Source: Paraspadella gotoi
Taxonomy: Eukaryota > Animalia > Chaetognatha
Direction: 5' to 3'
Assembly: GCA_051294375.1 (NCBI GenBank)
Contig: CM119267.1
Location: 11,791,553-11,855,552 of the forward strand
DNA: 64,000 nt
Positions 31,801 to 54,723 of this stretch are shown piece after piece. The position numbers and the translations under genes were made by a program. How positions within the stretch are numbered: position 1 is the stretch's first letter; the number at the start of each line of letters is the position of its first letter. Under the pieces are notes generated by a model. The model did no database searches. It was not told the DNA's origin and was given only the letters and a program-made list of their open reading frames with translations.

Positions 31801-33716
31801 TCAAGAATCCGACGAAGATGGAAATGACGATGACGACGATGAAAAAGACGATGACGACGATGAAGAAGACCAAGACGACGACGACGGCGACGACGACGAT
31901 AATGAAGGTGAAGATTTCGTTGATTAATAATTTAAGCGACGAAGAAAGGCGTTTATGGGGTTTTGAGAAACTGAGATTCAATTAACCTGCATTGCGACGA
32001 CCCCTTGCGAGGAATAGCCTCTGTTGCTCTGTAATAATTATCAGTCTCACACGTCGCCTTTTTGAAAATTCTCTTTTCGATTTTCGACGCCTTTTTTCTC
32101 CCAGAAATCGACTTTGGTATTCCGACATCTAAAGAAACCAAGGAGCTCCTCCGCGATCCAGAAGAGCTGCTGCTGATGTCTCCGTCGAGTCGCCTGAAGC
32201 AGCTCGAAGACATGGAGAAGGAAATAGCTCGACCGGACACTGGTAAACGAAGGGATTTGTTATTAAAGGAATTGACAATAGTTTGATCAACGACAACGTT
32301 GTTAATTTTGGCATTTTTTTATCAGCTTCTACGACGACCACTCCGGCGACTTCGACTGACGGTCCCTTGGGATTGTTCCCCTTGACCCCGCTTGGAAAGG
32401 ATAAGCTGAAAAGTGCGTGAAAATAATTTTTTATTACTATTAGTTATTACAACAGCCTTTCCTTTTATATTTAGGTTCTGGGCTCGCACCTCTCGCTCCT
32501 CTTGGATCACTCTCCCGCTCCCCCCTACCATCATCAGGTCTTGCGCCTTTGACCCTCCCCGCCCCATCGCGCCCCACTTCGTTCTCCTTAAAGAACGACG
32601 AAAATGAAGATTTTGAGGAGAAAATTTCACCGACAGCGAAAGAGATCGTGAAGAAAAAGCTTTCAGTCGATAAAAAAGAGACAAATAGTCCCGGTAAGTT
32701 TCTGAGAGCAACGCAATTGTTATTTTATTGTAATTACCAAAAGGTGAATACGTTCATTCACAGAGAAATCGAAAGTTGGCCCTGAGAAGAAGGCGAAGGG
32801 AGATTCAAATTCGATCCCTGTGATAAAGGCGTCCTTAAACAATAGTCTTCCCACTGAAGATGACGGGGAGCGCCGAAACGGGGAGGAAGAGTGGAGGAAG
32901 AAGATGAACAAAGAGTTCGACGATGTTAAGTTGGAACTGATGGAGGAAAAGGAGGAGAAATTAAAGGATCTGAGGAAGAGATTGGAGCGGGAGAGCGAAG
33001 AGGAGGAAGACCGATTGAGGGAGGAGAACGACAAGAAAATAGGTCGAATCAAGGAAGAGATGGAGGAGAAGTACGATAAAGAAAGAAAGAGGATCGCCGA
33101 TGACAACGAAAAAGAGTTGGGACGAGCGCGTCGAGAGTTGGAAGAGGAAAAGGAGAGGAGGTTGGCCGAGATGAGGGAAGAGTTGGAGAGGGAGATGGCC
33201 GACGACGAGAGAAAGACAGACATCAAAAGGGCGGAGGAGGTGCGAAGGAAAGGGGTGGACCAGGAGGTCGAGGAGGAGTTTAGTCGGTGGGAGAAGGAGA
33301 AGAAGGAGAAGACAGAGGCGAGAAAGAAGGATATAGAAGAAGAATTGGCGAGGGAGGAGAAGGAAGCGGAGGCGAAAAGGGAGGAAATGCGGCGGAGTTT
33401 CGAGGACGATATGGAAAAACTGAAAAAGGATTTGGAGGAGAGAAGGAAGGCGCTCGAGAAAGAAGTGGATGAGGAGAAGAAGAAGAAAGAGGAGGAAAAT
33501 CAGAAGGATATTGAAGCGTTGCGGAAGACGCTGGACAATAAAAAGAAAATCATGGAGGAGAAGCACGAGAAAGAGATCAAGTTTCTCAAAGGAGGTCAGC
33601 GACTTTTCTTTTTTCATAATTCAACCTTTAAGCTGCGACTAAAAGAGCCTCACCTCTTCTCTTAATATCGGGGCATTGCGACTAAATGTTTTTCTTTTTT
33701 TCTTTCTCTTTTCATC

Positions 33717-33753
<37 letters not shown>

Positions 33754-34689
33754 TTTTCTTCGATTCTCTTTTTCCTTTCTTTAATTTGTTTTTTCATTTG
33801 ATCCATTCAACTTGACTAATTGATAAGGTGAAAGGCTTTTTGTGTTGGATGAAGGGCTGTCGATATTTAGTCCACTCTGACTTTTGGGGGGGGGGTTGAC
33901 GTTTTAGCGATGGATTATAGATTAGCGACTGACTTTCAATCGACCTCCCTCACGCTTGTCCCACTTCTTTCACTAGGCTTCGAAACTAAAATGGCCGAAT
34001 TGACGGAACAATACGCGGCGGTGGAAGAGGAAAGACGCCGAAGTTTGAAGGAGGAAAACGAAAGGAAAGTGGAGAACATTCGAAAGGAGAGGGAGGAAGA
34101 GGCCCGACTCCGAGTGGAAGAGATCGAAGCGGAGTTTCGCGTTGCCGTGGAGAAAAAAAGGGCGGAAGTGGTGGCGGAGAAACGCGAATTGGATGAAGAG
34201 AAGGAGAAGGTGGAGACGGAGATGAAAAGGCTGGCGGACGAGCAGGAAGGGGTGGTTCGGAAAAGGCAAGAGTGCGAAGAGAAAATGATGAACAGAGGGA
34301 GATCGGGGGCGTCGAAGAATAACGACGAAGATGACGTGGAAGTTTTGGAGACCGAAAGGGAGAAGTTTGCTGTCGAAGAGTTCAATTTAAAAGCACGGGA
34401 TTCAGAGAAGGTTCAGTCGTCGGCGGTTGAAGCCGGAGTTGGCGCCGCCAAATCCGCTAAGACGAGGCCGAAGGAAAAGTTTCGGCCACCGCCGACAATT
34501 GACGCCAGTGCCGTGGGTGACGTGGACCACGGCGACGCTTTGACGCGGGCGCGCGAGTTTCTCAAGAAACAGCGCGAGAGTCTGGAGCAACAATGGCGTC
34601 TGCGCGACAAGGCGATGGAGAAAGAACTACGAGTTCAGGTGAAGCATAAGGATAAATGCCTGCAGATATTTTAGTAAAAAAAGCATAAA

Positions 34690-34754
<65 letters not shown>

Positions 34755-37700
34755 GTACTATAAATTTATCCGATTCCAATAAAAGAATACACAAATCCAC
34801 AGAAGGAACGCATTATTAGGCCGATTCTTGGCGAGGCGGCGAGAAATTCGAGGCGCGGCGCCAAGAGCGGGGTCAAAGGCGCCCAGGCGTCTAAACGCGG
34901 CGCTTACAAGCAGGTTGGACTTAAGCTTTTGCGTTAATTTTTGCTTTATTTTTCCATATTTTGGGCCTCTCTTTATCTTTTATTTATTTTAATCTCTTCT
35001 ATATCTCCTACTTATCTCGATATTTCTTTCGTTATATCTTTTATGTCCTTGAAATACACTGCACGTTCTGTCCGCTTGCGATAGCCTTGTTTCCAAAAAA
35101 TTCTCTAGAAAGACGAAAATTTTTAATTTGTAAAAGTATAAAGTGAACAAATTTCTAGAATTATAGGGGAATTTTCGTTCGCAGATATATGTATTATTGA
35201 ACATTGTTGGACTCATAATTTGTTATTGATACGTATTCATTAATAAGATGCTTTACGGCCTTGTTATAAATTGTAAAATTATAAGTATGTAATTATCTTG
35301 TAAGAGTGATGGAGGCCTAAAACCACCAAAGCCTGTCCAAAGTCGGGGGCAAGATAGCTTATTTATTAAATGAATGGATAATTTTTATATTGGTTGTACC
35401 AATTTCATATATTATTTCCCCCCTTTAAAGTCACGCGGCGCTTCGCCCGAAGAGTCCGAGTCTCCGACCCCAGCGTCGCCACGACCGTCACCTTCCGAGG
35501 ACTCGGTTGAGGACGCATCCAGCGGCGTTAGCAGCAGTGACCTCACTTTCCTTGACGACACCGCCGACGACGACGATTCCAGAGCCGTCGGAGGCAGATA
35601 CGGGTAGAAGCTTGTTGTCCATTGTATACCTTAATAACTTGGCTATTGCTATTTTTTTCCTATTCTCTTTTACCACCATATCGATAGACCTTCTCTCTCT
35701 CGTTACTCACCTTTCTTATCTTGAACTCAGATGGACTTATCTCGGCTCTCGTCCGTTCTCTGCTAAGTCTTCTCCCTCCCCGGCTCCTGGCTCTTCAGTC
35801 TACGCCGAACGGTTGCTACATCAAGTGCATCGGGACATGGCAGCCATTAACTCCATGCTGGCGCTCGTCGCCCCCGGGACTGCCGGTATATATTTGTAGT
35901 TGGTTCTTTTTGAAAGATTTTACTAAAGGTTCAAAATACAGGCCTTAAACTTTAAGGAGTGTTATCCGTATCTGAACGCCTTGATCCTTGATCAAGCTTG
36001 GAATCAAGATTTTAAACTATTTAGTGAGCATCGGTTTTTCGACGTTTTTCGGAAATCGTCATTTTCGTCGTTATACACATTTATTTTTATCTTTTAGATG
36101 GACTACAGGCGAAATCGACGCCGAAGCTGACGCGAAGTCAATCTTTCACTTCTCTCCACCAGGTGACGCCCAGAATCTATTTTTAGATCACATCCATTTT
36201 CCCGCGGCGCCAAAAGGCGACCAAAAGGAGACCTGTGGCAGGGAAATAAATGGTGGTTTTAAACGGTTTCTTTTTTCTGATTCACCGTCGACGAAATTTG
36301 GGACTCCAATGTTTTTCTGTTTCCGATTTTGTTTTTCCAATTCGTTGTGGTTGGAAAAAAGGGAAGTCGTTATTTAATATCTGTGAGAATGTTTTTCCCC
36401 ATTCATGCTCCGTTTTTGAAAATCGATTTCATATAGCAAAATCTTTTTTCCGAGTCTACTCAAGAATTAAAAAAAATATTTGAATGATCTAACAAGGATA
36501 TTTAGATGTGAGATAATATTTTGTTCATATTGTCTCGGGAACAGAATAGTAAAATACAAAATATTTGTAGTAATATTCTTATATAATAATAAATTTTAAA
36601 AATAATTCTTTTTAAAACTTTTAATAAAGATTCAGATTCTTCATAAAAAGTTTAATCAAAAATATAAAACATGTTATCAAATATTCTGTCATCTTCAATA
36701 TTTAAAACAAGAAAAAAGATGAAAATTCATAACTTTTTTTTCTCTGTACTGTAGTAGAAACCTTTATATTTTTTTAGTCATTTTTTACGATTAAAATATC
36801 ATTGTATTTTGACTTTCTTTTTGCTATTTAAAATAGTTTAGAGATGAAACGAAAAATTCGTTGGAATAGCAATTTTATTTTTAATCTTCATCAGAAGACT
36901 CGTACCACTAAGAGTCGAAACATGTACAATATTAAAAATAAAATTGCTATTCCAACGAATTTTTCGTTTCATCTCTAAAGATTAAAATATCATATAACAT
37001 ATTTTATAAAAGTTTCTTAATTTTTTACGGCTAATCCAAATCTGATTTTAAAAATAAAAATCATTTTGAAATTTAACAATTTTATAAGGATATTACTACA
37101 TAAATATTTGAATTTACTATACTGTTATGCTAAAAAAAAATTTAAAGGATTTAAAATTTGTTAATTACATATCCATAAGCAGCAAAAAAATTATGTTCAA
37201 TCGCTCAATCTTTTCATCACTCCACCCTAGTGTACACTATTCAGTGAACAATATCTTGAATAAGGTTAAACTATGGCAACAGCCGGGTTGCCTGTGATGC
37301 CCATTGGGATGGGGCATCTCACTGTTGGCTTTGGGGGCTTTTGACCCTCAGTGACGCCTCCAGTCACTGGCGCGGTTACCCTAGGACGGTCTCGCTTTGC
37401 CAACACAGAGGGAAATCGTTAGAACTGTGGATGGAACACTACGCCTGGGATGGTGTGTTCCCCCTCTGAGCCAATGGATTTGGCTGAAGGATGGTGGACG
37501 TGAGGCGGTGTGAATATACCGCCACAAAACATTCATTTTTCGGTTACGTTTAACTCGCAGAATTTATTAAACAAATCCTGTGTGTGGATTGCTGATTCTA
37601 GTCTTCTGAAGTAACCGAGAAAAGAGGAGGTCGTCGTGTCCCTCGGACCGTATTATTAGACGTCACACTTAGTGCTCCCAGTGCGTCTAGGAGATTTTTG

Positions 37701-39179
37701 CCTTGCTATCACGAACTTTGGATCCGTCGGTACAGTTCCTCAGCGAATTGGTTTTGAAAGCCCTACACTAGAGGGTTAACTTAGATAATATTTTGCCTGA
37801 TTAACTGAGCAAAATGTAACTCAAATTACATAGGTAAATAAAAGATTTTTTCTTAATTAAGCTTGTTGCGTCCACAATAGGCAATTTTGGATCAGATTTT
37901 TTTTTTTAATTTTTTTAAGATAAATTAAACAATATAATTTGATTTACTTTACTTTTAACTTAATTTAATTTAATTAATTTAACTTTTGCTGCATTTCAAC
38001 CCCAAAATTGTACCCGGCATGAAAATATCTGCAGTAATATGGCCTTATGTATATAAGCTACTACTAGGCTCAAAACCGATAAAATTATGAAATGACTGAT
38101 AGATTAGTAGATTGATAAATGATAAATTGACAGATGATAAAGAGACGAGTAATAATAATGTGGATGTATACATTTAAAGAGATCTGCAATGTATATATCC
38201 TGATATGGTTGAAAAGATGGCACCTTCAATCAGAAAAATGATATAAAAATGTATTGAAGATTCAAATCACTCAAAAAAACTTTGTATCATATCATCAAAG
38301 TCCAAGCTCACTAGAATTCTTTGCTTGCTCTCATACGATTTACTTTACTAATAACCTAGCTGATTATGTAAAATATTTGACTAAGATCCAGAAAGTACCA
38401 AACTAATAGTCATGATATACAAATAGTGAAAATGATTTTTTTCTCACATTTTCCAACCTTAGAGCTTTAATATTAATTTCTCCATTACTTGACTCATTTC
38501 ATTCTTCCCGCAGTCAATTTACCCGACTCCGTCGACGCTCGCTCCCGCTCCACTCGTACAGAGTTTCCTTTCCCCGTCCTCTCAACTCCCCAATAAACCA
38601 CTAACCGCGTCCACCATTTCCCTGCCGCGGCCGGGATTTTATGATAAGCCGTCGCTGGACAATTGGCGCCGATATTACGGTCCCGAAACGACGGGTCATT
38701 CTTTCGGACAGATCGAATCGGTTCCGTCGCTAAGGACAAGCAGGTTTTTGAGAGAAATATCGTACTGTCGATAGTTTTCCCTAGGCTAATGCGGTTGTAA
38801 CTTTTATTAACGCAGGTATCAACCCACACATGCGATCACGCGTCAGTTCGCCACCTCGACGCCCAGAAACGGACCTCCGGAAGTCGGTCGCGGCCTCCCA
38901 ACGCCGCACAGATTCAGTCAATTTTCCACTAGGTACAGAAGGCTGTGACTTGAATTGTGATTAAAGCGTGAAAGTTAATTTTTCTTCTCGTAATGCTTAT
39001 TGCTTAGTCAATCATCACTATCGTCCAACAAAAGTGTTAGGGAACAGTTGGAGGAAACGAAAGAGTGGCTTCGACGTCATTCAAATCCTGTCGCCACCGC
39101 CCCTTCGGCCGCTGTCGTCGGAGGGGGCGTTCAACATCCGCCTCAATTCATCCCTACTCCGTCCATAATCAAGAGATGA
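28871..39179 (+). CDS. CEP164: Centrosomal protein 164 (WW domain, long charged coiled coil)
   Basis: Exon 1 [37 protein letters not shown] (28871-28981) plus exon 2 [25 protein letters not shown]...[20 protein letters not shown] (30687-30844) form the CEP164 N-terminal WW module. E/K/R coiled coil at 32764-34640. C-terminal exons LDNWRRYYG (38514-38742) and [15 protein letters not shown] (39008-39179) join in phase. Confidence 0.9.
29152..30269. mobile_element. Foldback/MITE element (~1.1 kb) with ~480-bp inverted arms in CEP164 intron 1
   Basis: TA|GGCCTTAGCAAATTTTT...AAAAATTTGCTAAGGCC|TA. Arms ~29152-29635 and ~29810-30269 are reverse complements along their length. Confidence 0.9.
35291..35408. 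mobile_element. ~115-bp HINE-like repeat, inverted copy
   Basis: Reverse complement of the 6890-7007 family. Confidence 0.8.
36540..37130. mobile_element. Old AT-rich palindromic (MITE-like) remnant hosting a younger insertion
   Basis: aacagaatagtaaaatacaaaatatttgtagtaatattcttata (36540-83) is mirrored at 37083-37126; tataaaacatgttat is mirrored near 36995-37009. Confidence 0.5.
36803..36979. mobile_element. Insertion with a perfect 49-bp inverted repeat and hammerhead-like core fragments (Penelope-like remnant?)
   Basis: Arms 36837-36885 and 36931-36979 are exact reverse complements. Spacer is cttcatcag-aa-GACTC-gtaccactaa-GAGTC-GAAAc. A 14-bp direct repeat gattaaaatatcat flanks it (36789-802 and 36980-93). 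Confidence 0.55.
37222..37775. ncRNA. Candidate structured RNA or RNA-derived insertion of unknown class in a CEP164 intron
   Basis: GC-rich island in very AT-rich flanks, no ORF in the track, and about 10 consecutive or nested stems found by eye. Confidence 0.35.
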
Positions 39180-39991
39180 CGTCGCAAATGCTCGTATACT
39201 GTTTGCCTTTTTTGTTATTGTTTATGTTTTTCGTTTGTTTATTTTTTTTTTTTACACGGTTTACGTGCAGCTTTATATTGTTTTTTTTTCCCCTCAGAAA
39301 GTTTCCTTTTCTTTTACTTACATGACCGGTTCCCTTTTTTCCCCCAATTTGAATGAAATGAGTTGTAGAAATAGAAAAAATTGATTTTTTAAATACTACT
39401 GTCATTAATTTATTTTTTAAATCAAACATTCTTAACGATTATTTCGTAAAAAATCACTTTGGAATTAACTACTAATTTTCTCTGCACACTCCGAAAACCC
39501 CGAACCTATCTCTATCAGACATCCGTCCACATTTTACTTTGCTACGACTCGTTTTAGCAATGATTCCTACAATTATAAAATCTACGAAATAATTTATCGA
39601 AACCATTTTTGCCGTTATTGAAATTTGCGCTTCAATTTATTTTACATGTACTTAATTTTTGAAACCCTATCACTTTTGCCATACCCTAATTATTTTTGAT
39701 TGACCAATAAATTTATTTGGAATGAAATGAAACTGTAAGTGTATTTTTTTATTTTCGTATCTAGCCACTACTAGCCAGTTAATTGGTAGCTCTGTCTGTA
39801 ACAAAACATTGCGTCTGTTAACGAATAGAGACAAAACACGAAATTTGCGGTTTGATTTAATTTACGCATTTCTTCAGTTTTCGGAAGTGAGTCGATCGAA
39901 CTATATTTTTTATGCCAAAGGCAGATAGAAAATGACCAACTTCGTTTCATTTTGACAATTCTTTTCCTTCCTATTTCTCTCATTTTCGGAC

Positions 39992-41983
39992 ATGTCGTCG
40001 ACGTTGTCGGATATGGAAACGATTCCTTCACTTTCTTCGTCACTGTCGACGAATCACATGCCCAGTTCACCTCCGCCCCCTCCGCCGCCCCCTCCGCCGC
40101 CACCTCCAATCGGCCTTTCTCGGATACCCACTGGCTACGTGAAGGCGCCCGATTGGATTCCGTCTCGCGCAAAACTGGCGCCCCACGTTCCCTTAAAGCC
40201 GCTCAGGTGGAAGGTCCTCAAGCCTCAGGAAGTATCGGAGAAAGCGCTGTGGGTTTCCTGCAAAGAGGATGAATTCGGACTGGACCGAGACGCCATCTTT
40301 TCGATACTCGAGGAATCATTCAGAATTAGCAGCAAGGTGCGCGTAAAGTTTTTACTCTAAAAGTTTTAGAATCTTTACTGTAGATATTCTTCTTTCCCCT
40401 CGCAGGCCTCGAAAAGGGTCAAGCGAAACAGAGAGCGAGTGGCAATCGTTCGATTGTTGGACCCCAAGATCTTGCAAAGCGTCTCCATCATAATGCGATC
40501 GAGTAAGCTTACCCATACGGAGATGTTGCAAGGATTTATCGACTTGGACGCGTCCTTTGATTACCTGCCGCTGGTCAAGGAACTTCAGAAAGTTGATTTT
40601 ACCCCCTTTGGCGACTGGGGCAAGGGCGGCAGTCTGAGCTTTGTTATTACGCCGGAGGAAAGGTTCGTCATGGAGCTTTACGTCTCCATCCCCGGAGGTG
40701 AGGACGTTAAATCGAAAGGTAAACAGGCAATAAAAAAAAGGTTCCATACGCTAGTAATAATTCCTCTACACTACACAGTCTACACTTGTCCTACTTAGTT
40801 ATGTATACTTTATATATTTATATATAAAGTATATATATATACTTTACTTTACTTTACTACGTTCTATTTAGCTATTCAGGATCGTCTGCACGACATGGCC
40901 TTCTCTTTCGAGTTCAAGACGATAGCCGATCGCTTGGACAACAATCTACGCCTCACCGTTGCCGCCTTTTCTGCCGTCCGCCGCAGCGACGCCCTTAAGC
41001 GGGTCCTCGGTCTCGTGCTTTTCCTCGGCAACTACCTCAACGCCGGAGGACGCCTGGAACGGGCCGTCGGCTTCGAGATCACGGAGCTCCAGGCATTAAA
41101 AAACCTTAAGACGGGCGTCGCAGCCGAGAATGGTGTCGACAACTTTCTCGATGTCCTTCTGCGGGTCATTCACGAGCGATACCCCGACCTAGTCGGCTTC
41201 CACGCCGCCTTTGAAGACGTCGAGTACGCTCCGCACAACTGGAGCTTCGTGGACGCCAAGGGCGACCTCCTTGGGCTGCAGGAAGGCCTCAGGGTCGTCG
41301 AGCAGAACTATGCCCTCTACAAATCCATCCGAACGCCAGACCCTTACAGGCTCGAAATGGGAACCTTCTTGGAGAGGGCCCGGATCAAGGTTGATGGGCT
41401 GGCGGGCGATTTGAAAGTGGCGAAGAAGTCTTACAAAGAGTTAGCCGAGTACTTCGCCTTCAACAAGTCTTCGGTGCCGCCTGATGCATTCCTGCAAGCA
41501 GTTAAAACCTTTGTCACCGACCTTAAGCGGGCCGAGTCACTGTACATGCGGAGAACCGCAGTGAAGGAGTCGAATGCTGTCAAAGTGTCGCCAAGGACTC
41601 CGGCCTTCAACCGGCCTGACCCATTGGCGACGGCGATGACGACGGAAAGCATAGATGTGGAAGGGATTAGGAAGCGGCGCCGCTCGATCCCCAATCAGCC
41701 TCGTCGACGATCGACTCGTTTCCAGGACAGCTTGTTAAAGAGTCGGTCCGGTGAGTCCAATTTGGTATGCCGAAGCTGCGACGGAACCGAAGGGATGACC
41801 GCGGAAGTCATCGAGAGACGCCGAGAAAAGAGCCGACGCGGCGCCGAGGAATCCTTCGCCGGAGATGCGAAAGAAAATCAAAACGAGGGCGAGATAACGG
41901 ACGCGACGGCCAGACGAGGATTTCGTGCCTTAATCCACGACATCATCCATACGAAGATTCTTCGTCATTCAGTCAAGAAATGA
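39992..41983 (+). CDS. Compact formin (FH1-FH2, ~582 aa)
   Basis: Exons 39992-40336, 40406-40697 and 40872-41983 (1749 nt, in frame). 13-Pro FH1 tract, lasso LKPLRWKVL...ALW, LLDPKILQSVSII, EERFVMEL, LFLGNYLNAG...AVGFEI, LAEYF...FLQAVKTF. Confidence 0.9.
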
Positions 41984-42978
41984 GAACATTTATTGATAAT
42001 AATAGATCGCTCCATTATTGAAGTAATTACATATACAGGGAGGTCCAGTTCTAATAGGACTAACTTCAAGTGCTTAAAGCACAAAAACTGTTCATGATAG
42101 AAGGGAAAAGGGACTATATTTGACAGATTTGTAGGATAGAGAATCAGAATGTCCCACGCTTCCCCTCCAGAACTTTCGACTTTCAGACAGTAACAATAGG
42201 GACTGAAAAACATTCCCAACGGGCGCGATCGGAAAAGCATATGTCGCCTTCTCCGATCCTTTGGAGAAGGTAATGGTGGCCAAAGGTGAATATTTGATTG
42301 TATTGTCGTTACAATTTTTCACAAGTGTACCAATTTTCATTTGATTATTTTTTTTTACCCGTTCAAACGATTTTTTAAATTTAGTCCCAAAAGAGCTGGA
42401 CCTCCCTGCATCTGGTTGTCTCTTTCTATGATCGATACGTAATTGAAATTAGTGTTGATTATAACGTGCAATTTCACGTCAAAATCATATTAATAAAATT
42501 TCTTGAAAAATTGTCTAGGTATTTTCTCTTACAGATAAATAAAACATCTACAGATTATCATTGTGACTTTATTGCACTCTCAGCCGAACGTCGATAGAGT
42601 TGGGGAAAAGAGTCGGAAAAGAATTTGGCCCTGAGTTGAAATAATAGAGAAGTTTGCTTCCTAAATGTTCCAACGGTCCAAAACGACAGACCAATTTTTT
42701 TGTCTTTTTTTTTTTTGGAACGGAGATGACTTCGTGTCCCGATGAACGCGCGAGCGAAAACGCGATCGTGGGAACGCGCCAAGAGGAAGAGAAGGAGCAG
42801 AATGAAGAGCGCTTACTTTCGCCAATTCGTTCTCGTGACCTCTTTTTTTTTCTTCTTTAAGTAGCGCCAACAAAATCGCTCCAATTAGCCAATATTTTAA
42901 ATATATTTTTTTACGTCGACCTCGTCGATCGCCGCTCAAGGAGGATATTTCGGCGAGTCAAGAAGAGAGAGAAGAAAG

Positions 42979-43084
<106 letters not shown>

Positions 43085-43927
43085 TGGGGGAGATTTAAAA
43101 ATATCGTTTTTCTTCTTCGGTATAAACATTGAGATTTTCGATCGACAGAATGAAAAAGATTATAGAAAAAAAAGTCGCTAAATATATGTTCTGCGAGCAA
43201 AGATTCCTATGGAAAATACTTTTCTGGATTAGCGTTTTAATCTTCACAAAAAAGGAAGAAAAAACATCAATTATTTTCACAAAAAGAAATTGTATGGCTA
43301 AAACCATAAAATCGCTTCACTTTCCTCTTTTCCTCTTTTTTTATTTTTTTTTACTAAAGGGCTGACTCACCATCGCAACCTCGTCTTCTGGGTTTGATCC
43401 CAGTGGCCCCGGGTACCCTTTTTGGTTTAAAAAGTGAAATGAGACGACAACTGAGTGTCCGGAGTTTTTAATCATTCAACTTTGGAGATAAACCGTGCCC
43501 CGCCGCCCCGGTCATTCGTAGCCATCCCCGACGTTACTATAATTTTTTTTTTTCGGTTCTGAAAAATTTTAGTGCGTGAATTTTTTGTTTCTTATTTTCT
43601 CTCAGCCCAAAAAACATAAAACAACGCCGACAAGGAAAAACGAAATGCCGCGCTCCGGTTTCGCGCCGGCGCGCCGTTTTCCTGTAAAACGAAAACGTTT
43701 TGGACCAAGGCCATGACGTCATATCCACCGCCCACTCCCTAACTCAACGTCATTCGAAATACGTCACTCGCGATAGTCTCTATATCCACCGCCCCTCCCA
43801 CTCCCCCCTCCCCTCATTTCGTTACAATTCCTCCGATTCTCGATTAGCGACGACGACATCCCGCCGTCCGCGCTCTCACTCGGGCTTCCGTCACGGTCTT
43901 CCGACCGCGAGACGCGTCACGTTCGAC

Positions 43928-54222
<10,295 letters not shown>

Positions 54223-54723
54223 GTAAGTTAATTTTTTTTTATCTAAATCTTTAGACGAATGCTATTTCAGTTATTAACTTCATTGAGTAAAGCCCTGACC
54301 CTGACTAATGTTGTTTCATAAAATAACTTATGATTTTTATATCTGTATCATTTAATTTTCACTAGTACATTTGTTTCCTTTATTTAATCTTCTCTGTACA
54401 ACTCCAAAGAATTTTTGAGCAATAAGAACAAAGTAAAAACAAATAAAAATTAGACGCGCGCAAATATTATTACTTTTTTACAACAATGTGGCACTGGAGA
54501 CGGGAAATAATTTAAAAAGACAAAAGACTTGAGATATGAGTATAAATACTAAACGAGAAAAACAAATGCATTAATCGCAGCCAAATATATATTCTATATT
54601 CCAATTTTACTGCTATAGCCAAATAATAAAGCCTAGTAATTTAGTGTCGGGGCTTCTCGAAAAAGTGAAAAGTCTCCTCCCCCGTTTTAATTCTGTGGTT
54701 GAAAGTCTTTCCCCCCCCCCGTT

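Noticed and set aside
32720-34385. Long minus-strand S/F/L-rich ORFs
   Set aside because: Antisense of the GA-rich CEP164 coiled-coil exons.
35291-35408. The 115-bp repeat as an SL RNA or twister ribozyme
   Set aside because: The Sm-like AATTTTTA plus hairpin is present, but there is no convincing leader/donor architecture and no twister pseudoknot pairings.
38514-39179. Exons upstream of the formin as its N-terminus
   Set aside because: They splice in phase to CEP164, carry CEP164-like C-terminal motifs and end in a stop.
39179-39992. Operon or trans-splicing inferred from close same-strand spacing (CEP164-formin; GNPDA-MOXD1)
   Set aside because: Spacing alone is insufficient, and cis donor sites for 5' UTR exons are present upstream of both downstream genes.
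43359-43422. B-box-like hairpin GGGTTTGATCCC followed by a T run
   Set aside because: No A box or cloverleaf; too fragmentary to call.
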